Source: an uncultured Verrucomicrobiae bacterium
Lineage (GTDB): Bacteria; Verrucomicrobiota; Verrucomicrobiia; Limisphaerales; Palsa-1400
Length of the DNA stretch: 64,000 nt
Direction: 5' to 3'
Assembly: GCA_963707025.1 (NCBI GenBank)
Contig: CAVPOM010000018.1
Coordinates: forward strand, 688,681 to 752,680
Part shown: positions 1 to 9,483 of the stretch, one piece after another
How positions within the stretch are numbered: position 1 is the first letter of the stretch
Layout: each line of letters starts with the position of its first letter
Made by a program: the position numbers and the translations under genes
The notes under the pieces: generated by a model
What the model saw: only the letters and a program-made list of their open reading frames with translations
What the model was told of the DNA's origin: nothing
Database searches by the model: none

Positions 1-8
1 TGCCCAAG

Positions 9-878
9 TTGGCGGCCCGCAAGCGGAAGAGCAAGGTGGAGTCGCTGTTTTTCATCCCGGCCCAGCGGGTCCTGGCCTTGCGTGATGGCTGGCCTCGCCC
101 CTTCACGGATTACACCCCTGGCGACCCATTTGCCGTGCGCGAGTTCAGCGAAAAACTGCGGGTTTTGGTGGAGCAGGAATTTGGCGCAAGTGGCGACCTC
201 TTCCCGCAAGAACGGCGTTTGAAAAGAGAGTTCCGGGAATTGCTCCAAATGCATGTGTTTTCTGATTTTCATCTGAAAGTGGACAAGTTTCGCTCGCAAA
301 AGCGGCTCGTGCTCGGAGCCGGTCCGGACGCGGAGTCCCTGCCCTATATGGTTTGGTCGGCGGGCCAGCGCGAGTTTGTGCCGCTACTGCTCGGCCTCTA
401 TTGGTTGATGCCTGCCACGAAAGTTTCAAGACGTGGTGACATCAAATGGGTGGTTTTGGAAGAGTTGGAAATGGGTCTGCATCCGCGAGCGATCTCGGTT
501 GTCATCTTACTGGTTTTTGAACTCATGGCTCGTGGTTATCGCGTCTGTCTGTCCACCCATTCGACGCAGGTATTGGATGCTGTTTGGGCGCTGAAACACT
601 TGCGGGAGAACCATGCCGGTGCCGATGCCCTGCTCAATATCTTCGGAGCGTCCAACAGCCAGCCCATGCAAAAACTGGCCGGTACCGTGATGGAGAGGGA
701 GGTGAGAGTGGTTTACTTCAACCGGGAGACCGGGCGAACCAGCGACATTTCCAACCTGGACCCGTCAGCCGAAGGCGAAGGAGAAGGCGGCTGGGGCGGG
801 CTCTCCGAGTTCAGCGGGCGGGCGAATCAGGCCGTGGCGCGGGCTGTGGCGAATGCAGAACAGGAGGGAGTGACGTGA
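9..878 (+). CDS. ABC/AAA_21-type ATPase, 5'-truncated at window edge
   Basis: Signature-like WSAGQRE, Walker B/D-loop VVLEELEMGLHP, H-loop VCLSTHS; Walker A not within window. Confidence 0.8.
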   Translation: MAARKRKSKVESLFFIPAQRVLALRDGWPRPFTDYTPGDPFAVREFSEKLRVLVEQEFGASGDLFPQERRLKREFRELLQMHVFSDFHLKVDKFRSQKRLVLGAGPDAESLPYMVWSAGQREFVPLLLGLYWLMPATKVSRRGDIKWVVLEELEMGLHPRAISVVILLVFELMARGYRVCLSTHSTQVLDAVWALKHLRENHAGADALLNIFGASNSQPMQKLAGTVMEREVRVVYFNRETGRTSDISNLDPSAEGEGEGGWGGLSEFSGRANQAVARAVANAEQEGVT

Positions 879-1348
879 CCATAAGGAACGCGGCAGCGCA
901 AACGCCCCATTTGCGGGGGGCTTGGAAACCGGGCTTGGGAGCCTTGCGGGCACAGGACAAGCCACATGTTGCGGCTCAGGATCCTCGCAAGCTCACCGGT
1001 AGCGCAGACCTGGACGCCGCCCTTCAGAGGCACGAGCCAAACGCGCATCGGTGGGATTTCGCCATTGGCTATGCGCACATCAACCGAAGATTGGAGTGCA
1101 TTTACTGGGTGGAAATCCACACCGCCAGCGACAGAGAGGTGCGGGTGGTTCTTGACAAGTTGCGCTGGTTGAAACAATGGCTTAACCGCGACGGCCATAG
1201 ATTGGCTGAGTTCGAACGTGATTTTATCTGGGTTTCCAGCGGAGCCACTTCCTTTACTTTAAGTTCCCCGCAGCAAAAGCAGTTCGCGGTTCTGGGACTC
1301 CAACACAAGGGGCGAGTCTTGCGAATTCCAGATGAGCGAGACGTTTGA
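875..1348 (+). CDS. Hypothetical protein coupled to the ATPase; possible PD-(D/E)XK-like nuclease
   Basis: GTG start overlaps ATPase stop (GTGA); WDFAIG...YWVEIH motif. Confidence 0.6.
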   Translation: MTIRNAAAQTPHLRGAWKPGLGALRAQDKPHVAAQDPRKLTGSADLDAALQRHEPNAHRWDFAIGYAHINRRLECIYWVEIHTASDREVRVVLDKLRWLKQWLNRDGHRLAEFERDFIWVSSGATSFTLSSPQQKQFAVLGLQHKGRVLRIPDERDV

Positions 1349-1585
1349 TTCAAGGATTCCGGTCATAAGCAGTCTCGAAAATGAACCGGCCCGCCATTCG
1401 GCGTGTGATGACCCGTCATCGTCCCTATCACCGTCGGCTGGAGCACGCCCCTCTCGCTAAGCCTCTCCACTTCGTGGGGGAATTGGCAAACCCCATGGTG
1501 GGAGCGTCGAGATGCGCCGCTGGGAGTTGCATGTCATCATTTGTCTTGAAAAGGGGGGCGCGGGATTTATGGTTGAAAGTCAACT

Positions 1586-3265
1586 ATGAACATTCCCCTC
1601 CTTCCAGCCAGGACCGCTGAAAAATGGATGACAGCACTGTGCGCGATGGTTCTGCTGGCCGGCGGAGTGGTCCGCGCCCAAACCACCCAAATCCGCCTCA
1701 ACACCATCGGCTTTCTGCCGGAGGAACCCAAGCAGGCGACCGTCGCCGCCGCGTGCAGCAACTTCACCGTGGTGCGCCTGAGCGACGGCCAGGCGGTCTT
1801 CCGCAATGCGGTCGCCGGCCCGCGCCACAATCCGGACACGGAGGAGGAGCTGTACACGGCCGATTTTTCCGCCCTGCGCGAATTGGGCGCCTTCCAATTG
1901 GACGTTCCCGGCGTGGGACGCTCGGCCCCGTTCCACATCGGCGGCGCCATTTACAACGAAGCCTTTTACACCGTGATGCGCGGCATGTACCTGTGGCGCT
2001 GCGGCATGGCCGTCTCCTCCACCAACCACGGGATCGTCTATGCCCACGCCGCCTGCCACACCAACGACGCCTGGCTGGATTTCGTGGGCGGCGGCCATGT
2101 CAATACGAATGCCACCAAGGGCTGGCATGACGCGGGGGACTACAACAAATATGTGGTCAACGCGGGGGTGACGGTCGGGGTGATGCTGCGGGCCTGGGAG
2201 GACTTCGGGCCGGCCATCCGGGCCGTGGCCCTCCATCTGCCCGACGCGCGCCCCGGGACCCCGGAATACCTGACCGAAGTCCAATGGGAATTGGAGTGGC
2301 TCCTGACCATGCAGGCGGCCGACGGCTCGGTCTATCACAAGGTGTCCACCCAGGGCTTCGGCGGATTCATCCTGCCGGAGGCGGAAGAGACGCCGCGTTA
2401 TTTCACGCCCTGGGGCAGCGCGGCCACGGCGCAATTTGTGGCGATGACGGCGATGGCGGCGCGGGATTACCGCCCCTTCCAACCGGACTTTGCCGAGCAA
2501 TGCCTGCAGGCGGCGTGGAAAAGTTACCGCTTCCTCCAGGCCCACCCGCAAGATCATCGCGCCGACCAATCCCAGTTCACCACCGGAACCTACCAGGTCC
2601 GTGACGGCGATGGCCGCCTCTGGGCGGCGGCGGAATTGTGGGAGGCCACCGGCGACGCCGGCTGCCTGAGCGATTTCGAGACGCGGGCCCGGGCCGTCAA
2701 CGGCGTTTTTGACACGCAGTGGGATTATGGCAATGTCAAGAATTTGGGCGAACTGACCTACCTCTTTTCCGCCCGCACCGGCCGGGACGAAACGCTCGCC
2801 GCCCTGCTGCGCACCAATCTGCTCGCCGCGGCTGACCGTCTCGTCAAAGCGCGCGACGCGCACGGATACGCGCGGCCGGCGGGCACGGCCTATTCGTGGG
2901 GCGGCAATGGCGTGGTGGCGCGGCAGGTCGTGCTTTTGCAGGCGGCGCACCGGCTTTCGCCCAAGCCGGAGTACGTGACGGCCAGCCTGGACGCGCTGGG
3001 GCATCTTTTTGGCCGGAATTATTACGGGCGCTCTTTCGTGACGGGCCTCGGATTCCAGCCGCCCTTGCATCCGCACGACCGCCGCTCCGGCGCGCAGCAA
3101 TTGGCGGAGCCGTGGCCGGGCTATTTGGTGGGCGGCTCGAATCCGGGGGCGATGAACTGGCAGGACGTGCAGGCCAATTACCGCGTCAACGAGATCGCGA
3201 TCAACTGGAACTCGGCGCTGATCTATGCGCTGGCCGCATTTGTCAGCGGGGCGCAGCCACACTAA
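1586..3265 (+). CDS. Glycoside hydrolase family 9 (cellulase) with N-terminal Ig-like domain and signal peptide
   Basis: GWHDAGDYNKY, PLHPHDR and NEIAINWNSAL GH9 motifs. Confidence 0.92.
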   Translation: MNIPLLPARTAEKWMTALCAMVLLAGGVVRAQTTQIRLNTIGFLPEEPKQATVAAACSNFTVVRLSDGQAVFRNAVAGPRHNPDTEEELYTADFSALRELGAFQLDVPGVGRSAPFHIGGAIYNEAFYTVMRGMYLWRCGMAVSSTNHGIVYAHAACHTNDAWLDFVGGGHVNTNATKGWHDAGDYNKYVVNAGVTVGVMLRAWEDFGPAIRAVALHLPDARPGTPEYLTEVQWELEWLLTMQAADGSVYHKVSTQGFGGFILPEAEETPRYFTPWGSAATAQFVAMTAMAARDYRPFQPDFAEQCLQAAWKSYRFLQAHPQDHRADQSQFTTGTYQVRDGDGRLWAAAELWEATGDAGCLSDFETRARAVNGVFDTQWDYGNVKNLGELTYLFSARTGRDETLAALLRTNLLAAADRLVKARDAHGYARPAGTAYSWGGNGVVARQVVLLQAAHRLSPKPEYVTASLDALGHLFGRNYYGRSFVTGLGFQPPLHPHDRRSGAQQLAEPWPGYLVGGSNPGAMNWQDVQANYRVNEIAINWNSALIYALAAFVSGAQPH

Positions 3266-3269
3266 CTGG

Positions 3270-3358
3270 AGTCATGGCTGGCAGGGCGAGACTCCGTCGA
3301 GCCGCGACTTTTTCCAAGGAAATCGAGTTTCGCCTCGACGGAGTCTCGCCCTGCCGTC
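3270..3358. repeat. REP/MITE-like palindromic element (family A)
   Basis: 22-bp perfect inverted repeat GGCAGGGCGAGACTCCGTCGAG at 3280-3301 / 3334-3355 between convergent genes; related copies at 15338-15430 and 12341-12386. Confidence 0.85.
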
Positions 3359-3423
3359 CTTTTTGTCGCTGACGCATTTACGGCGGATATTCCCGGCCGC
3401 GCCTCGGGTATTGTCAAGTATAT

Positions 3424-4503
3424 TTACCGCGCGGAAAATGTATACTCCGTCGTGCTTTTGAACGTCTCCCCGGGCCGCAGCACGGTGGAAGGGAAGTTGG
3501 CATGGTGGATCGAGTCGGGATAATGCTGCGTTTCCAGGCAGTAGGCGCGGGGATTGCCGGTGTAGAGTTGCACTGCCGGCTCGGTCGTGCGCAGTTCCAT
3601 GACCCGGCCGCTCTGCGGCTCGCGCACCCGCGCCGCCAGGACCAACGAACCGCCGCCGCCGTTGATGACGAAATTGTGGTCGTAAACGCCGGCCTTGGGC
3701 TTGAGCTGGCCGGCGCGGGCGCCGAGCAGCGCCGGCACGGTGAAATCCAGCGGCGTGCCGGTGACGCTGGCGATTTGGCCCGTCGGAATCAACAGCTCGT
3801 CCGCCGGCGTGTAATGGTCCGCCGCCAGCCACAATTCATGCCCCGACACCCCGCCCGACCCGGCCAGATTGTAATATCCATGGCTGGTCAAATTCACCGG
3901 CGTGGCTTTGTCCGTGGCGGCCTCATAGTCCAGACGCAGTTGGTTGTCGTCGGTCACGGTATAGGTCACGCTGACCGTCAGATTTCCGGGATAGCCTTCC
4001 TCCCCGTCCTTGCTCAAGTAAGTCAGGCGGACGGCGGCGGCGTGTTCCCGGGCGGGCATGGGCTGGGCCTGCCAAACCACCCGGCCGAATCCTTTGACGC
4101 CGCCATGAATGGAATGGGGTCCGGCGTTGGCCGCCAATTTGTGTTCCACCCCGTCCAGAGTAAAGCGGGCGTTGGCGATGCGGTTGGCCACCCGGCCAAT
4201 GACGGCGGCGGGCGATTGGAACCCGTTCAAATAGCGCTCCAGCGAATCGGCGCCCAGCACCACGTTGGTCAAGGCCCCGTTGCGGTCGGGAATCTCCACC
4301 TCGTTGAGGATGGCGCCGTAAGTCATCACTCTGACCAGCATGCCGTGGGCATTGCGCAGGGTGAACTGTTGCACGGGCGTGCCGTCGGGCATTCTGCCAA
4401 ATTCGCGCTGCTCCAGCCGCGTCAGCGTTTGGGCGTGCGCGCCCGCCGCCGCGGCCAGCAGGGCGAGAAGCATGCAGGTTGAATACCATCTGCGGGCGTG
4501 CAT
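3424..4503 (-). CDS. galM: Aldose 1-epimerase (galactose mutarotase) with signal peptide
   Basis: GRVANRI, HSIHGG, NLTSHGYYNL, YDHNF, CLETQHYPDS motifs. Confidence 0.92.
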   Translation of the reverse strand: MHARRWYSTCMLLALLAAAAGAHAQTLTRLEQREFGRMPDGTPVQQFTLRNAHGMLVRVMTYGAILNEVEIPDRNGALTNVVLGADSLERYLNGFQSPAAVIGRVANRIANARFTLDGVEHKLAANAGPHSIHGGVKGFGRVVWQAQPMPAREHAAAVRLTYLSKDGEEGYPGNLTVSVTYTVTDDNQLRLDYEAATDKATPVNLTSHGYYNLAGSGGVSGHELWLAADHYTPADELLIPTGQIASVTGTPLDFTVPALLGARAGQLKPKAGVYDHNFVINGGGGSLVLAARVREPQSGRVMELRTTEPAVQLYTGNPRAYCLETQHYPDSIHHANFPSTVLRPGETFKSTTEYTFSAR

Positions 4504-4574
4504 GAGTGAATGGTTAATGCAGCGGAGGTCTCAATGCAAACTGTAATGCGCCGGTTTGGGTGCGCAACGGATAC

Positions 4575-5009
4575 TCAAGGCGCTGTAATTCTGCCGGTCA
4601 GTTGTCCGGCGAGTTGCGTGAAATCGCGGACATTGAATGTGTAAATCCGGTCTGCCCCGCATTTCTCAGCACACGTCAGATGAAGCACATCATAGGCTTT
4701 CCCGCCGACAACGTTGTTTTGCCCAAGCTTCCAAGACAGTTGGCTGTATTCGTTGCCCGTCAGAGCCACCACAGAAAAGTGCTTGACGATGTTGTCGGCA
4801 ATCAGCCTGGCGGCTTGCATTGAGGAGATTCTTGGCACGCGCGGCAGCCGCGTGAGGATGGCATGCGCTTCCAAAAGACTGTGCGCGCTCACAAAGCCTT
4901 CCGCCTTCCCTGTGTGGACCGTTTGAACGACCGGCAGGGCGCGAGCATGATGTTCGTGGTCGGCAATGCAGGCCGCCACCAGCACGTTGGTATCAAGGAA
5001 ATACTTCAT
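4575..5009 (-). CDS. vapC: PIN-domain toxin (VapC family)
   Basis: FLDTNVLVAA N-terminus, conserved acidic residues, YTFNVRDF; ATGA overlap with upstream antitoxin. Confidence 0.88.
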   Translation of the reverse strand: MKYFLDTNVLVAACIADHEHHARALPVVQTVHTGKAEGFVSAHSLLEAHAILTRLPRVPRISSMQAARLIADNIVKHFSVVALTGNEYSQLSWKLGQNNVVGGKAYDVLHLTCAEKCGADRIYTFNVRDFTQLAGQLTGRITAP

Positions 5010-5296
5010 CTGTGGCGCAGTTTCGGTGTGCCGGTCGGGATTCTTGCCTCGCGATCCTGTTCCAGGAGTTCATTGACTTTGGCGGTGGTAATCGGTTCTG
5101 CAAAACCACCCGTGAACACCAAAACGCTCCCCTTCCGAATAAGTTCTCCGCCGGTATCCGCAGGCTCAAGCCTGAAACCGTTTCCCTCCACCGACAGGCG
5201 AAGCTTGTCGCCTGGCAGAAGATTGAACTGCTCCCGCAGCGGCTTGGGCAGCACCACTCGTCCTGCCTTGTCCATTTGAATCGTTTCGTTCTTCAT
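5006..5296 (-). CDS. AbrB/MazE/SpoVT-family antitoxin
   Basis: MDKAGRVVLPKPLREQFNL..GD swapped-hairpin motif upstream of PIN toxin. Confidence 0.88.
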   Translation of the reverse strand: MKNETIQMDKAGRVVLPKPLREQFNLLPGDKLRLSVEGNGFRLEPADTGGELIRKGSVLVFTGGFAEPITTAKVNELLEQDREARIPTGTPKLRHR

Positions 5297-5309
5297 GCCA
5301 TTTAAAATA

Positions 5310-5330
5310 CCATTTGTCAGAGACAAATGG
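5310..5330. promoter_or_regulatory. Putative TA autoregulation operator
   Basis: Perfect inverted repeat CCATTTGTC-AGA-GACAAATGG just upstream of antitoxin ATG. Confidence 0.65.
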
Positions 5331-5411
5331 AAGCAATCTTTTTTGCCTCGTCATGCGGGCGTTTCGCCCCCTTTCCGGGTTCCGATTTCACCATTCACAA
5401 TTCCAAATTCA

Positions 5412-5543
5412 CTATTCCCCGCCCAGCCTTTGGCGATGCCGCCGCAAAATTTTCGCCAACGCCCCCTCCGTCTCCTTATTCCCGGACGACCGAATCCGCC
5501 CCATCACCTCCGACCGCTTCGCTTTGTAGAAAACATCAGGCAC
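5412..5543 (-). pseudogene. vsr: Truncated very-short-patch repair endonuclease (N-terminal ~36 aa only)
   Basis: Manual translation VPDVFYKAKRSEVMGRIRSSGNKETEGALAKILRRH matches the Vsr N-terminus, then runs into a stop. Confidence 0.75.
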
Positions 5544-5553
5544 AAATCAAACT

Positions 5554-6348
5554 TTAACGCTCGAAAATCTCCTCTCGGTGGTAGCGGAGAAACTCCGGGT
5601 TGGGTTCGGCTAGCTTGTGAGGCAGATCAATTGGCTTTCCCTCGAAAGGCACGAAGTTCTGTTCCAGAGTGACTTGTGGAAAGAAGCTTTTCAGCCGCTT
5701 GCTTAAGACAACACTCAATTTCTCGTCGAGCGTGATTAGCCCGGAATCAAAGGCCGCGTCGTGGAGGGCCGACAAGCAAAGTCCGTTGCACGGTTCGAGG
5801 CGCTCGCCCGGAAAATCACGCCACGGTTTGATGTGGCTGGCAATGAGCAGACGCGGGATGTTGATGCCACTGATGCAGCAACGCACCCCGTAAGCATTGA
5901 GGATCGCTTGCCGGAAAAACTGCTGGCCGCGCCGCACCGGCACCGTAGCGGCAACTTCCGTCGGGCCGCCCGGCGGAGCAAGCCGAATCCGATCCCTCCC
6001 CAGAAAATCCAGTTCCTTTTCTTGGTCGTTGGTGAACAGGTCGTGCATCAATTCCTCGCTCACAACTCCCAAAGTCGTGATCTGCGCGTGAAACTCGTTC
6101 CAAACTTCATGGTCTTGTCGGCTCGCGCCGGGCAAGCCTCTGATGCCGCGTGCCTGTTGCACCGGATCAAGCGAAGCGAAGTTGCACAATTTCATGGCCA
6201 GGCTGCTTGCGGTTCGTCCCATTTTGGAGGCAACTTCCATGATAATTGGATTGCCCCGGTGCAGTTTTCCGAAGGGCAATTTGCAGTACAGATTCAACGC
6301 GATAAGGCAATGTTCGCGCGTCCATCTCACGTTGGGTGCTTTGCTCAT
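5554..6348 (-). CDS. HNH endonuclease (putative restriction-type)
   Basis: RRGQQFFRQAIL, CCISG, ASHIKPW, NGLCLSALHDAAFDSG. Confidence 0.88.
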   Translation of the reverse strand: MSKAPNVRWTREHCLIALNLYCKLPFGKLHRGNPIIMEVASKMGRTASSLAMKLCNFASLDPVQQARGIRGLPGASRQDHEVWNEFHAQITTLGVVSEELMHDLFTNDQEKELDFLGRDRIRLAPPGGPTEVAATVPVRRGQQFFRQAILNAYGVRCCISGINIPRLLIASHIKPWRDFPGERLEPCNGLCLSALHDAAFDSGLITLDEKLSVVLSKRLKSFFPQVTLEQNFVPFEGKPIDLPHKLAEPNPEFLRYHREEIFER

Positions 6349-6351
6349 CTT

Positions 6352-6774
6352 TCAATCGTAAAGGTAATCGGGCTCGTCTGCTTGACGTGCTTCGTTTGTC
6401 AGGAGGTAGCCGATACGGTTGACGTAGTGAAAGCCGGGTGAAATCCACCACAATCCTTCGCATTCAATGAGCGTCCAGAGATTTTCGGATGGCGCGTTTC
6501 GCACCATTTCCCATTCCGCACCAACCCACCCAAAAGAACAACCGTCCAGAGCGGCAGAAGCGTCGAAAGGATTCTTCATGAGAGTGAAAGGTTGCCCGAA
6601 TTCGTCGAAGTCGGGATATTCCCCGTCGAGCTCAACACGGGGTTCGAGACTGACTGGTATCTCCAGTTCCTTTGCACGCCTCAGGGCATCTGCGAGCGCC
6701 TCTGCGGCATTATCCCCTTCTTGGAATGCAGGAGGCTCATCGTCAGAGAACGCGACCATGAAAACTCTTTTCAT
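6352..6774 (-). CDS. Hypothetical acidic protein
   Basis: Open frame ending 3 bp before the HNH start; protein-like composition; start uncertain. Confidence 0.55.
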   Translation of the reverse strand: MKRVFMVAFSDDEPPAFQEGDNAAEALADALRRAKELEIPVSLEPRVELDGEYPDFDEFGQPFTLMKNPFDASAALDGCSFGWVGAEWEMVRNAPSENLWTLIECEGLWWISPGFHYVNRIGYLLTNEARQADEPDYLYD

Positions 6775-6843
6775 TTCTCGCAATATTCTCTCAATTCTAC
6801 AGCAGGCTGGCAACAGCGACTTTTTAAAAACCGTTGTCTCAGA

Positions 6844-6963
6844 TCAACCATCAGAGCAGGAGGCCGCGGTTTCCGCGAGTTTTTCCTGGGTCAGCCCTCG
6901 CCCTTCGCGCAGGCGGCGGACGTTTCGCCCAAGGGCGGAAAGGACTGTGTCACGATTCGGCAT
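6844..6963 (-). pseudogene. Truncated XRE-family HTH protein resembling an RM controller (C) protein
   Basis: MPNRDTVLSALGRNVRRLREGRGLTQEKLAETA then diverges to a stop after 39 aa. Confidence 0.7.
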
Positions 6964-7012
6964 GACTGATAGTCCATGCCGAAAAAGGCGGGAAGTCTAT
7001 GGACTATGAGTC
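6964..7012. promoter_or_regulatory. Two C-box-like operators
   Basis: GACTgatAGTC (6964-6974) and GACTatgAGTC (7002-7012) directly upstream of the HTH ATG. Confidence 0.6.
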
Positions 7013-7048
7013 AAGTTGAGGCGGAACGAAGAAAGCGACCGACGGAGA

Positions 7049-7165
7049 TTATTTGAGCCAGTGGATTTTGATTTCCTTTTCCAGCGGCTTGAACTCAGGG
7101 TCGCCGGTGACGAGTTCGGTTTTCCTGTCCTTGGCCAGCGCGGCGGCAAAGGCGTCGGCCAGGCT
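7049..7165 (-). repeat. Duplicated vapC 3' end (direct repeat of 8005-8115)
   Basis: 7055-7165 vs 8005-8115: 111 bp with 5 mismatches; ends ...KEIKIHWLK-stop. Confidence 0.9.
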
Positions 7166-7179
7166 GGTGGCGAGTTCGT

Positions 7180-7734
7180 TCATGAGGTCTTCTTGCGCCC
7201 GGTGTGGAAGCCGATTTCGCGCCGCGGTAGCTCGGGGGGAGCCAGGAGGGGACGAATCTTGTCATAAAGGTCGCGCAGAGCACCGTCGTGGCCGAGCAGC
7301 ACCTTCTCGATGTCCGCGAGGCGCCGCGCCATATCCTGGTTGCGGGCGAGCGCGGAACGCATTTTGACGAAGGCCCGGATGACGTAAACGCTCATCTCGA
7401 CTGCGCGCGGGCTCTTCAGCAGGTTGGCCGCCATCAGAGCGCCATGCTCGGTGAAGGCATGGGGCGGGTACTTGCGATGCCGGCCTCGACCGGGCTTTAA
7501 GATCGCAGTTTGCGATCTTAAAGAATGGAGTTTCGCCCACTCTTCTTTAGTAAGGCGAAACATGAAATCTTCGGGAAAGCGGTCGCGGTTTCTCCTGACC
7601 GCCTCGTTGAAGCGGAAAGTCGGCACTCCATAGATGCCGGCCAGATCCGTGTCGAGAATCACTTTCTGATCACGCAATGAAAGGATGAGCTTATCAAGAT
7701 CGGGGAGGAGTGCGGGTCGGGTGATCTTTTTCAT
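7180..7734 (-). CDS. ORF6N-domain DNA-binding protein
   Basis: QKVILDTDLAGIYGV, NEAVRRNRDRFPEDFMFRLT, AFTEHGALMAANLL motifs. Confidence 0.9.
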   Translation of the reverse strand: MKKITRPALLPDLDKLILSLRDQKVILDTDLAGIYGVPTFRFNEAVRRNRDRFPEDFMFRLTKEEWAKLHSLRSQTAILKPGRGRHRKYPPHAFTEHGALMAANLLKSPRAVEMSVYVIRAFVKMRSALARNQDMARRLADIEKVLLGHDGALRDLYDKIRPLLAPPELPRREIGFHTGRKKTS

Positions 7735-7955
7735 GGCTGAATCGCCTGGCCGATGCACTCCGGCGGCGGAGAGGCTTGGGCGAATTCCAGCAAAGCAAGC
7801 TTTTTGAGTTTGCCGGGCGAGAGGCGCGGCCGGATTCTGCGGCGCGCGAGGCGCTTGGGTTCCAGCTTCTTCCATAGTCGTTCATCGGCATTAAATTGGT
7901 CCAGCAATCGCTGGGTTGGCCTCTGATCCGGCGGCAGATTAGCGTATGGTCTCAT
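7731..7955 (-). CDS. Small hypothetical protein
   Basis: 74-aa ATG ORF whose stop overlaps the ORF6N start (ATGA). Confidence 0.4.
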   Translation of the reverse strand: MRPYANLPPDQRPTQRLLDQFNADERLWKKLEPKRLARRRIRPRLSPGKLKKLALLEFAQASPPPECIGQAIQP

Positions 7956-7986
7956 GGGGTTATAGTGACAAGAGCTTCGATGTCGG

Positions 7987-8403
7987 TCAAGCGGGAGTGC
8001 CACCGAGCCAGTGGATTTTAATCTCCTTTTCCAGCGGCTTGAACTCAGGGTCGCCGGTGACGAGTTCGGTTTTCTTTTCCTTGGCCAGCGCGGCGGCAAA
8101 GGCATCGGCCAGGCTCATTTTGAAACGGGCTTTGAAGTTGGCCGCCAAATCGGCCAGGCGGCGGTCGGCGGGATGAAATTCTATCGGCGCGGCTTTTAAT
8201 TCTTTGGCGATGGCCGCCCAGGCGGCGTCGCCGTCCTTCATGCGCACAATGTATTGCACCTCGGCGTAGTTTACCTCGGTCATGTGGACCGGTTGGTCGC
8301 GCTGGCCGGCGCGTTCGAGGAGCAGCGATACCGCCTCCCCGCCCGGTTCATCCCGGAACAGCGCCAGGAGCGCGAAACTATCGAGAACCGGTGCTGCGGG
8401 CAT
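7987..8403 (-). CDS. vapC: PIN-domain toxin (VapC family)
   Basis: VLDSFALLA, NYAEV, SLADAFAAALA, LVTGDPEF motifs. Confidence 0.9.
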   Translation of the reverse strand: MPAAPVLDSFALLALFRDEPGGEAVSLLLERAGQRDQPVHMTEVNYAEVQYIVRMKDGDAAWAAIAKELKAAPIEFHPADRRLADLAANFKARFKMSLADAFAAALAKEKKTELVTGDPEFKPLEKEIKIHWLGGTPA

Positions 8404-8671
8404 ATTTGGCCTCCTCCAGTTGTTTTTCCGCGCGTTTGTGCTCCGCCATTTCCTCCGCCAGCGGCTTTGCGCCCGGTTTGCGTTTCAGAATGCCCCGCAA
8501 CCGCCGGATGGTCACCGCCGTGACCGGTTTCAGCAGAATGCCATCCTCCGTGGCCTCGACAATGGCCTTGGTGCCGTCTTCAATGTGGAATTGTTTGCGC
8601 AGGCGCAGCGGGATCACCACCTGGCCTTTGGTGGTGAACCAGACCGCATTGGCGCTTTCAGTCATACTCAT
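8378..8671 (-). CDS. AbrB/MazE/SpoVT-family antitoxin
   Basis: TTKGQVVIPLRLRKQFHIEDGT motif; overlaps PIN toxin. Confidence 0.88.
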   Translation of the reverse strand: MSMTESANAVWFTTKGQVVIPLRLRKQFHIEDGTKAIVEATEDGILLKPVTAVTIRRLRGILKRKPGAKPLAEEMAEHKRAEKQLEEAKYARSTGSR

Positions 8672-8677
8672 GTTCAG

Positions 8678-8706
8678 AATATGACAGAACATAGAAACTC
8701 CGTCAA
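8678..8706 (-). promoter_or_regulatory. Sigma70-like promoter, probably leaderless
   Basis: TTGACG-N17-CATATT, 6 bp before ATG at 8671. Confidence 0.6.
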
Positions 8707-9016
8707 TGGAAAAATGTGGGAATTTTAAAATTATTCTTACTTCAGGGCGTTTTCAATCTTGGCTTGCACAGCGCCTCGCTCCTTCGATTTCGGCCAGGCG
8801 GGGACGCCACAAAGCCGTATCCGTTAAATAATGCAGGAGGATTTCAACGCAAAGGCGCGAAGGCGCAAGGACGCAATGAGGATTTTGCCCGGGGCAGTTC
8901 GGGTCGCCCATCGCTGAGCCTTGGTCAGGGATCACGTTTTGCTTCCTGGCCCTGCGCCTTCGCGTCTCTGCGTCTTTGCGTTAAGACCGGATTGCATCTT
9001 AAGAGCCAAGCCAGTT

Positions 9017-9127
9017 GATTTTGATTTCATTCGCCGGCGGCTGGAACTCCGGGGCGGCGGTGGCAGAAAGGAGATTAGGATTAGGATTACGATTAAGATT
9101 AGGAGAGGAGGCGGCAGGTTGCGCTTC
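9017..9127. repeat. Direct repeat copy 1 (degenerate vapC tail + GATTAR hexamer run)
   Basis: Near-identical to 9900-9998 apart from hexamer number (5 vs 3 units). Confidence 0.85.
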
Positions 9128-9246
9128 ATGAGCCGGGCGCGCGGCGCCCCGCGATTGCCCGCCCCGGAAACTGCCCCCGATCCAGCGCCTTTTATTCAGT
9201 CGTCACTCTCACACCGGGGTTGGTTTGTTGCCCGGCGTTCCCGGTC

Positions 9247-9483
9247 TCAATGGGCCACCGGCGCGAAGGGACGGGCATGATGAATCTCGTTGCGCGACAG
9301 TGGGCGAATTTGAGCCGCCGAAACTTTTGTGACCGCAACGGTAGAACCGTCGAAAGTGGTGAACTCGACCGTGAAATTCTTGCCGCCCTTGTAAACGTGG
9401 ACGACCGCCCCCACATCACCCGCCGTGAGTCCATGCTCAGGCAGGTTCGCGGTCAACGCCACACAATCAAGTTCAGAAATCAT
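9247..9483 (-). CDS. DUF4926-family protein
   Basis: ELDCVALTANLPEHGLTAGDVGAVVHVY...VEF pattern. Confidence 0.8.
   Translation of the reverse strand: MISELDCVALTANLPEHGLTAGDVGAVVHVYKGGKNFTVEFTTFDGSTVAVTKVSAAQIRPLSRNEIHHARPFAPVAH

Noticed and set aside
7055..8115. vapC tail duplication as a DGR template/variable repeat pair driven by the RT at 56.5-57.8 kb
   Set aside because: The 5 mismatches are not adenine-specific, and the RT lies inside a complete group II intron with domains V/VI
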